Shown here: in pieces, positions 55,157 to 64,000 of the stretch
How the letters are laid out: the number at the start of each line of letters is the position of its first letter
Numbering within the stretch: position 1 is the stretch's first letter
Origin: Lama glama
Taxonomy: Eukaryota
NCBI GenBank assembly: GCA_028534125.1
Contig: CM052817.1
Location: forward strand, 29,390,001 to 29,454,000
Direction of reading: 5' to 3'
Length of the DNA: 64,000 nucleotides
The notes under the pieces: model-generated
The model's database searches: none
What the model saw: the letters and a program-made list of their open reading frames with translations, nothing else
What the model was told of the DNA's origin: nothing
Position numbers and translations under genes: made by a program

Positions 55157-55342
55157 ATTGGTTCTCAAACTGTGGTCACTCAACACGTAGGATCATCACC
55201 ACCTGGGAACTTACTACAAATGTAAGCTTTCAGGTCTCACTGTAGAGCCACTGTTTCAGAAACTCTGGAGAAGGACCCAGATATCCATGCTTTATCAATC
55301 TCTTTGACTGATTCTGATACATGTCAAAGTTTGAGAAACTGT
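55157..55342. mobile_element. MER5A-like hAT-Charlie MITE
   Basis: TIRs 'tggttctcaaact' and 'aagtttgagaaactg'; internal 'acctgggaactt..aaatg' and 'tcagaaactctgg'. Confidence 0.85.
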
Positions 55343-55429
55343 TCTTGACCGTTCATCCTCACAATCACAGTCTCTTAGGCATTACTTTACATGTTCCCTT
55401 CTTCAACTCAAGTCACCAATAACACGACT

Positions 55430-56010
55430 CACATTTTTCTTCTCTGTCAATGGCTTTGCTTTTTATTTGACTGATAAAATAGGAGTAATTAGAAAGAAAC
55501 TCTGTAAGCCCCCTTCTGCCCATGCTTCTAACCTGTGCCCATATTATTTTCTGCCTTTGCTCCCTTTATTATAGAAAACTTGCTATGATCCATTTGTGCC
55601 CTGGATTTTACCCTCCCTGCCTAAAATATAACTCTCTCTCTTTTTCTTCAACATCATCAGGTCCCTTTCCAGTGAATCATTTCTGTTAGCATTCAGATAT
55701 GCAGTAATGTCTCCAGCAACAATAACAGCATCATGACCTTGCTCTCTAACAGCCTGTTTCAGTGATTTACTTTATAGCAAAACAGCTAAAAAGGGAATGT
55801 ATACTCAATGTCTCTAACTCCTTTCCCCCCATTCTCTCTAACCTCCTTTAATTAGACTTTTTGTCTACCATTTCACAAAGACGGTTCTTGTTAAGGACAA
55901 CAATGTTCTTCACCTTAATAAATATTGTGATTAATTTCAGTCCTCATGTTACCAACAAAATTTTACAAGTTGATTCATGGTCTCTTTATATTTTCTTTGT
56001 ATTACCTAGA
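55430..56010 (+). mobile_element. LINE-2 fragment
   Basis: 'ctttgctttttatttgactgataaaatagga', 'ccatttgtgccctggat', 'ctttatagcaaaac' in a pyrimidine-rich L2 ORF2-like segment. Confidence 0.6.
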
Positions 56011-56089
56011 ATATCTGCCATATTTCTTTATGAGTCACTCCCATGCATCTTTATACCTCTGCTCAAATGTGTTACTGATCTAGCCTAAT

Positions 56090-56290
56090 GGTAATAGCAA
56101 ATACTGTATGGAGACTAGTTATTATCTATCAGACATTTAGGTACTAATACCATACCACTTTTTAAGATGGAGAAACTGAGGTTCAGAGAGTTACATTAAT
56201 TTTTCCAAGTCACACTGTCAGTAAGAGTGGAGCCACAATTTAAGTCCAAGCAGTACTGCAGTACAGACCATGATCTTAGGCCCTAAACCA
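56090..56290 (-). mobile_element. MIR SINE
   Basis: 'ttttaagatggagaaactgaggttcagagagttacattaatttttccaagtcacac' is the classic MIR core. Confidence 0.8.
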
Positions 56291-56562
56291 TATGGCTGTA
56301 TGGATTTCCCAGACTCCCTATCCCAATTAACTAATGTCACCCCCTGCTCTCTGTGTCCCCTCAACTTTCTGTGAGTTCCTGCATAGCCCTTATTATCATC
56401 CATGGCAGAGAATGTCAAGTGTTCATTAAAAACTTGTTTTGTTTCATCTTAAACTAAACTTCCTAATCTCTCTTGCCATGGAATTGACTTCTGTTCAATG
56501 GAACATGGTCATAAATGATGTGCTTCACTTCTAAGCCTGGCCTCTGATAACCTCCAGATGTT

Positions 56563-57180
56563 CAGAGATGGATTTACTGTGAAGCTAATGACACTTAATA
56601 CTCAGTATCTTGCTTCATCCATCCGTCTTCTTTCAAGACTCAAGGAAGGTCTTAGCGATATGTTTACATGTTCTTGTAAAAGATATCTTGAGATATTTTC
56701 AACCCTTAAGAAACTAGTCTTTTTCTATTCTAACTCCATCCGTCACATTTCACCTTTTTTTTGTGTGAAGTTAGAGTGAAAGCAGGTATTTTGGGATCCA
56801 TAAAGGGGAAAGTTGAATTAATGTTATCTGTGGATGGATTTTGGGAAGATAAATTCATATGTTTTGCTTTTCTTCCCATCTATATTTGATTTATAGCCAT
56901 ACAGATGTATAAATGGCTTTTGGGAGGTCTTTACTGTGCTGATTCACCCAGAATCATAATACAAAGATGGCGAGGACAGGGATCATATCATGATATGACT
57001 ATGTCCCATGGCATTTAGCAATCAGAGTCATGTGGATGGAAAAAAAAAACAGTTTTGAAATGTAGGGTTTCAGAGGTAGGCCATGGAAAATCATTTCAAT
57101 GATAAGATTTGTAAAATTAAACAAAGAAGATTAACTTCTCATTGAAATCTGGTGAAATGAATGTATTCTCTTGTCAAGAT
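56563..57180 (+). mobile_element. hAT-Tip100 element (Zaphod/MER115-like); right boundary uncertain
   Basis: Start 'cagagatggatttactgtgaagctaatga' resembles the CAGAGGCGGATTTACCGTGAAGCTAATGA terminus. Confidence 0.55.
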
Positions 57181-57686
57181 TATGAAAAAGCAAGTGATTC
57201 CCAAAGATGAAAAGAAAAAGGCAGAAAGAGTGAAATAATAATTATAATAAAACCCCCACACAATATGTTGAGTTAAATCACTAAGATTTTGAGGTTTGTT
57301 AGAGCAATTACTGTTATTAAAACAAAGTATAACACTCAACTTACATATTTTCATTTTCCTCTTATGAGCTCCATGGTGGTAGAATCTTCGCTGTTTGTTC
57401 CCTACTTGATCCCCAGCAATTAAAATGGAACATGACACATAATAATCTTCCAGCACACTTTTAAAATTTATAGATACATCATAGTGGAATTTCAGAGTAC
57501 TGAATATAGAGTATTATAGGGCTTCCAGGGAGGAAAAAAATTAACAGACTTTTTATTAATGAACAAGACTCAGACCAACTGACTTCTCATCAGACAGGCA
57601 GAATACTGCAAGGCAAAGGAGTAATACTATTTTCTATTGCTGGATGACAGATTACCATGCATTTAGTGGCTTAAAACAGCACATAC

Positions 57687-58142
57687 TTTTTTTTTTAATT
57701 GAAGTATCATTGGTTGACAATGTTATGTTAATTTCTGGTGCACAGCCTAGTGATTCAATCATATATATATATAAAATATTCTTTTTCATTATAGGTTATT
57801 ACAAGGTATTGACTATATAGTTCCCTGTGCTATACAGTAGGACCTTGTTGCTCATTCTGTATATAATAGTATCTGAAATTCCCAAACTCCAGTTTATCCC
57901 CCACCTCCCCTTTTCCCTTGGTAACCATGAGTTTGTTTACTGTGTCTGTGAGTCTGTTTCTGTTTTGTAAATAAGTTCATTTGTGTGTTTTTTTTTTTTC
58001 AGATTCCACACGTAAGTGATATTATATGGTATTTTTCTTTCAAGGCTTACATCCCTTGATATGACAATCTCCAGGTCCATCCATGTAGTTCCAAATGGCA
58101 TTATTTTATTCTTTATAGCTGAGTAGTATTCCATTGTGTGTA

Positions 58143-58189
<47 letters not shown>

Positions 58190-58263
58190 TTTACAACTTC
58201 TTTATCCAGTCATCTATTGATGGACATTTAGGTTGCTTCCATGTCTTGGCTACTGTAAAGAGT
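57687..58263 (-). mobile_element. Lineage L1 3' end with internal (TG)n
   Basis: ORF 57937-58134 MEYYSAIKNKIMPF..WMDLE is the ORF2p C-terminus; poly(T) at 57687-57696; (TG)n at about 58136-58187. Confidence 0.9.
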
Positions 58264-58388
58264 TTTAAAAAATTTGGGGGGGGGATTAGATTTATTTATT
58301 TAATTTTTAAAATGGAGGCACTAGGGGTTGAACACAGGACCTTATGCATGCTAAGTAGACACTTCACTACTGAGCTATTGTCTCCCTC
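58264..58388 (-). mobile_element. Full-length camelid SINE (Vic-1-like)
   Basis: Minus strand ATAGCTCAGTAGTGAAGTGTCTACTTAGCATGCATAAGGTCCTGTGTTCAACCCCTAGTGCCTCCA (tRNA-Ala-like head) followed by an AATAAAT..CCCCCCC tail. Confidence 0.85.
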
Positions 58389-59011
58389 ACAATGGCACAC
58401 ATTTTTATCTCAAAATTCCTGTGGGCCTAGGGGGTAGTATGCTGGGTGTGATGCTGAAGGTCTGTAAGACTGCAATCAGAGAGCTGGCCAGGACTGTGGT
58501 CTCATCTGAGGCTTGGGATCTTCTTCTCACTGTTGTTGCCAGAATTTAGTTCCTTGCAGTTGTAGGAGTGAGCCCCTCAGCTGTGAGAGACCCTTTTCCG
58601 TTTGCTGCCAGGTGGACCTCTCCAGAACATGGCAGTTTGCTCCTTCAAGGTCAGCATGCCATTATCTCACTGTTTTGAATCTCTACCTTCAAAGAACATC
58701 TCAAACTTCTTTTGATAAGGTGTTGCCTTGTAAGGTCAGAGACACCCAGGATACTCTCTCCTTTGATTAATTCAGTCTACTAACCAGAAGCCTTAGTTAC
58801 ACCTGTGAAATACTTTTACCTTTGTCATGTAAAATAAGCTCATCAAGGGCAGGAGATTGTACAAGGTAATTACACTAGGGGCTAGGAATCTTGGGGAGCA
58901 CCTTGGAATTTTGCCTATCAAAATGCTTTCAGAGGACAGTTATTCCAAGAATTCTATAGTCAGACAAAATATCAGATATTTTAGACATGTAAATATTTAG
59001 GAAGTTTCCTC

Positions 59012-59586
59012 TGTGTGGCAGAGAGTTAACACAGCAGGCCTGATGTTGCTTTTCAGAAGGGCATGCTTGCCGAGTTATCCTTGGCTGGTATTTGGGAACT
59101 TGGTTTTTGGAATCTTCCCTATGTTACGAATCAGTAAGGTTGTTCTTTATGTCTGGGCCCTGAACCCTGCTGTACCAAGAGGACTAGATTATCTGTGCAA
59201 AACTGTGATCTGTGGTAAATGTAGCTTTACCTTCTGGGAATCTGTAACTTTTGTAATTATGACTCAGGCAGAGAATACCTTTGTGGTCACTAAAAGTCCT
59301 GTATTGTGAGTCTCAAGTGGGCTTTCTTGGGCAAAATCATCCTACAAATGTTGCTGCATTTCATTGCAGGAGAAAGAAGCGTGTTCTTTGCAGCCCTCAC
59401 ACCCCCTAACCTGAGAGGAAACCTTAGCAGTCTGTTCCTGATATCCTCCAGACTCTGCCTGATGGATCTGTTTCTGTTGCTGATCCTCCTTTGCATCCTT
59501 TCAGAATCAATTCCTGTAGCTTCTGGGTCCTGTGGGTCTTGCTAATGAGTCACCTAACATGAAGTTGTTGTGAGATCCTCAAATAA
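59012..59586 (+). mobile_element. MER21-like LTR
   Basis: 'gagagttaacacagcaggcctga...ccttggctggtatttgggaacttgg' is the MER21 5' signature. Confidence 0.8.
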
Positions 59587-60919
59587 CCTGCATATTCATT
59601 GTAATAAAAGAAAGTTATCAAGAAAATTAAGGTGCAAATCAAGAAAGATTAAAGTGCATTCAAGAAATAGTGGCTAGAATCTAGGAGGTGAGTAAATCCA
59701 AGGCATAGAATAACAGCCGTGCATCAGCCTGGAGAACAGCCAGTCTTGACTGGAGCCAGAGTATAGAAAGACCACAAGCAAATAACACGCTATAGTTGAG
59801 ACTGTAAAAATACATGAGAACAAAGAAAATCTAGCACTATAACAAAAATGAGGCAACTGGCAAACTCATACAAAACAAAAGAATGTACACAAATAATTGC
59901 CCAATAGGAAGGGAAAGTGTGCCATTAATTTTAAATAATGAAAATTATTATGTATTTTACCTAAAATGTGGGAACACTTAGTGGGTGTGGCTAATCACTT
60001 TGGACATATAGAGAAAAAAATGTGTTATTCTAGCATATTACCAAGTCTAATATTGAAGAGATTATATGCCATTAACGATGCAAATGTTCTTTAATCTCTT
60101 TCATTTTAATAGCTTTTGATTTATTGTATCAAACATACAAACTTACAGTTATTACAAATAACTTATTTTTATTAAAATATATATTTTTAATTTAAAAAGT
60201 ACCAGAAAACTAACATTTTTCAAAAATTATTTGTTTAATGTGACAATATATACATTCACTGATTTATATTAAACCTTTAGAGGACAAAAATATTAATGGA
60301 AGTTAGATACCAGGATGCCAATATGAAAGTAACAGTTTTATTAAAGTAGTGGGATAATATGGATTTTTAAATTTCTAATTGTAAATTTTTTGATATTATT
60401 ACATTGTTTTTAACTTTAAAACATAATTGTATATTAAAGTTTTTCAAAATTTTTAGAATGTTAACACTGGAAGGGCAGAGATTTAGTTTTTCTGTTCTAT
60501 TCTTAGAACATAAAACAAGGACTGGCATGTAATAGATGTTCTACAAACATTTGTTGAGTGAATGCAATTTGAATTCAACAAATAGTCTTTAAAAATCATC
60601 TCCTACATGAGAGGCAATATTTTAGGTTCAGCAACTCCAACTCTAATCACTCTCTTTTCTTTTTTATAAATCTCATTTTGATTCCACTTTAATAATTTAA
60701 TTTCATCCCTGTTGCTCCATGCCCTATTGCTTCATATAGTTTGCATCCACGGACAACTAAAGTACTTCAATATTACATTTGGCCTTCCAGGGGAACTACC
60801 ATTTAAGATAAACACCAGAGAAAGAGTAGAAATGCATAATGAGATGATTACAGATGGAGGCAATAGCATTTATAAGAACTTGACGTGTCAGAGGATAGGA
60901 AGATATTTGATATGGTTAA

Positions 60920-61390
60920 AACAGTGAGTTTGACAGGAAAATGTAGTCAGAGTGTTTCTTATCATGGGAAAAAATTGCTAGGATCTTGGGGATAGAGAAG
61001 GTTATATATGTAATATTTCATATATAAAAATACATATAGTCAGATCAATAGTTCAACAGAGAGGTAGTCAAATTGTTAGAATTTGGTGACTGAATGGTTA
61101 TAGGGAGGGAGTTTTGAGGATGACTTGGGCCTAACTCTTTTAGAGAATTTAAAGGTGAACAGATTTTAATTTTTTGGTAGTGATGCTATTCTTTGTGTGT
61201 GTGTGTGTGTGTGTGTGTGATTATGCTGATGCATGTGAATTGGTGAATTCAGTTCAGTATGTTTAAGATGCCTGACTGAAATTCAAGTAGAGATGTCTAA
61301 CCACTTAATTGTGAGTTAGAAGTTGGGTCTTCATCTCAGAAGAAGACAATGGACGGATGAGAGTTTTGGCAATCAATAGCATATAGAATT
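60920..61390 (-). mobile_element. L2 fragment containing a (TG)n
   Basis: 'atttggtgactgaatgg', 'gaggatgac', 'gagatgtcta'; (TG)n at 61194-61219. Confidence 0.5.
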
Positions 61391-61404
61391 AATAAACTTA
61401 AAAA

Positions 61405-64000
61405 ATCAACCACTGCAGCATAGTACTCAATAGTGAAAAACTCAAAAGCTTTCCACTAAAATCTGGGACAAAGCAAGGCTTTCCACTGTCACCACTCCTA
61501 TTCAACATAGTCTTGGAAGTCCTGGCCACAGCAATCAGGCAAGAGAGAGAAATAAAAGGGATCCAAATTGGAAAAGAAGAGGTAAAAGTGTCACTATATG
61601 CCAATGACATGTTATTATATATAGAAAACCCTAAAAGGTCCACAAAAAAGGTCCACTAGAGCTGATCAAAGAATTCAGCAAGGTAGCAGGTTACAAGATT
61701 AATGTTCAAAAATCAGTTGCATTTCTTTACACTAATGATGAATCAACAGAAAAAGAAAGTAAAGAAACAATCCCCTTTAAAATAGCACCCAAAGTAATAA
61801 AATACCTAGGAGTAAATCTAACCAAGGAGGTGAAAGAATTATACACAGAAAACTATAAACCACTGATGAAGGAAATTAAAGAAGATTTTAAAAAATGGAA
61901 AGATATCCCATGCTCATAATTGGCAGAATCAATATTGTTAAAATGGTCACACTGCCCAAGGCAATCTACAGATTTCATGCAATTCCTATCAAATTACCCA
62001 AGACATACTTCACAGAACTAGAACAAATCATAATAAAATTTACATGGAACCATCAAAGACCTAGAATTGCCAAAGCATTACTGAAGAGAAAGAAAGAGGC
62101 TGGAGGAATAACTCTCCCAGACTTCAGACAACACTATAGAGGTACAGTCATCAAGACAGCATGGTATTGGTACAAAAACAGACATATGGAGCAATGGAAC
62201 AGAATAGAGAGCCCAGAAATGAACCCACAAACTTTTGGTCAACTCATCTTCGACAAAAGAAGCAAGAATATACAATGGAATAAAGACAGTCTCTTCAGCA
62301 AATGGTTTTGGGAAAACTGGACAGCAGCATGTAAAGCAAAGAAGCTAGAACACACCCTTACACCATACACAAAAATCAACTCAAAATGGANNNNNNNNNN
62401 NNNNNNNNNNNNNNNNNNNNNNNNNNNNNNNNNNNNNNNNNNNNNNNNNNNNNNNNNNNNNNNNNNNNNNNNNNNNNNNNNNNNNNNNNNNNNNNNNNNN
62501 NNNNNNNNNNNNNNNNNNNNNNNNNNNNNNNNNNNNNNNNNNNNNNNNNNNNNNNNNNNNNNNNNNNNNNNNNNNNNNNNNNNNNNNNNNNNNNNNNNNN
62601 NNNNNNNNNNNNNNNNNNNNNNNNNNNNNNNNNNNNNNNNNNNNNNNNNNNNNNNNNNNNNNNNNNNNNNNNNNNNNNNNNNNNNNNNNNNNNNNNNNNN
62701 NNNNNNNNNNNNNNNNNNNNNNNNNNNNNNNNNNNNNNNNNNNNNNNNNNNNNNNNNNNNNNNNNNNNNNNNNNNNNNNNNNNNNNNNNNNNNNNNNNNN
62801 NNNNNNNNNNNNNNNNNNNNNNNNNNNNNNNNNNNNNNNNNNNNNNNNNNNNNNNNNNNNNNNNNNNNNNNNNNNNNNNNNNNNNNNNNNCAATGGAACA
62901 GAATAGAGAGCCCAGAAATGAACCCACAAACTTTTGGTCAACTCATCTTCGACAAAAGAAGCAAGAATATACAATGGAATAAAGACAGTCTCTTCAGCAA
63001 ATGGTTTTGGGAAAACTGGACAGCAGCATGTAAAGCAAAGAAGCTAGAACACACCCTTACACCATACACAAAAATCAACTCAAAATGGATCAGAGACTTA
63101 AACATAAGACAAGATACAATAAACCTCCTACAAAAAACTATAGGCAAAACATTATCTCACATACATCTCAAAAATGTTCTCCTAGGGCAGTCTACCCAAG
63201 CAATAGAAATAAAAGCAAGAATAAACAAATGGGACCTAATGAAACTTACAAGCTTCTTTACAGCAAAGGAAACCATAAGTAAAACAAACGACAACCTATG
63301 GAATGGGAGAAATTTTTTGCAAATGAAACCGACAAAGGCTTGATCTCCAGAATATATAACCAGCTCATATGACTTAATAAGAAAAAAACAAACAAACCCA
63401 ATCCAGAAATGGGCAAAAGACCTAAACAAGCAATTCTCCAAGGAAGAAATACAAATGATGAATACGCACATGATAAAATGTTCAATATCACTAATTATCA
63501 GAGAAATGCAAATCAAAACTATGATGAGGTATCACCTCACACCAGTCAGAATGGCCATCATTCCAAAGACCACAAATGACAAATGCTGGAGAGGCTGTTG
63601 AGAAAAGGGAACCCTCCTACACTGCTGGTGGGGATGCAGTTTGGTGCAGCCACTGTGGAAAGCAGTATGGAGATTCCTCAAGAGACTAGGAATAGACTTA
63701 CCATATGACCCAGGAATCCTGCTCCTAGGCATATATCCAGAAGGAACCCGACTTCAAAAAGATACCTGCACCCCAATTTACAATAGCCAAGACATGGAAA
63801 CAGCCTAAATGTCCATCAACAGATGACTGGATAAAGAAGAAGTGGTATATTAATACAATGGAATACTATTCAGCCATAAAAATTGACAACATAATGCCAT
63901 TTGCAGCAACATGGATGTTCCTGGAGAATGTCATTCTAAGTGAAGTAAGCCAGAAAGAGAAAGAAAAATACCATATGAGATCGCTCATATGTGGAATCTA
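61405..64000 (+). mobile_element. Young 5'-truncated LINE-1 (ORF2 RT to C-terminus), frameshifted, runs off the window
   Basis: [51 protein letters not shown]; the catalytic motif reads YANDM ('tatgccaatgacatg') instead of ADDM. Confidence 0.97.
62391..62890. other. Assembly gap (500 N)
   Basis: Run of N flanked by an identical 199-bp sequence. Confidence 0.99.

Larger units (their letters stand above)
57625..58921 (-). mobile_element. MaLR LTR (MLT1E-like) split by an L1+SINE insertion
   Basis: Left part 'tttctattgct..ttaccatgcatttagtggcttaaaacagcaca' resumes at about 58395 and ends 'ggaatcttggggagcaccttggaattttgcctatca'. Confidence 0.75.

Noticed and set aside
61895..63343. 482-aa ORF as a gene or active L1 ORF2
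   Set aside because: It spans the N gap and duplicated sequence; the element is 5'-truncated and frameshifted, with an altered RT catalytic motif.
1..64000. CRISPR arrays, operons or other prokaryote-type systems; CpG-island promoter
   Set aside because: The sequence is mammalian and repeat-rich, with no repeat-spacer array, no long unique ORF and no CpG island.

Overview
Mammalian, AT-rich, CpG-depleted non-coding (intergenic or intronic) DNA. It is very probably from a camelid, judged from two Vic-1-type tRNA-derived SINEs and matching lineage L1 3' ends. I found no recognisable host protein-coding exon. Every ORF with a recognisable translation comes from LINE-1 ORF2, ERVL pol or simple repeats. 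The window is a layered transposon landscape: old MIR, L2, CR1/L3, MaLR and ERVL LTRs, MER21, MER5A, MER104-like and Zaphod-like DNA elements, overlaid by several L1 generations. The notable observations are L1-mediated retrotransposition products. These are (1) a 289-bp polyadenylated retrocopy of an ERV LTR(R/U5)-PBS(tRNA-His)-leader RNA with an 11-bp TSD, inside an L1; (2) a twin-primed inverted L1 whose tail has become a ~340-bp GA-rich microsatellite; (3) a possible SINE-L1 chimera under one TSD; and (4) a nearly tail-less U6 retrocopy. A 500-N gap flanked by a perfect 199-bp duplication is an assembly artefact. I do not see a supportable novel multi-gene system. Repeat subfamily names come from recalled consensus motifs, not from a database search, and most boundaries are approximate.
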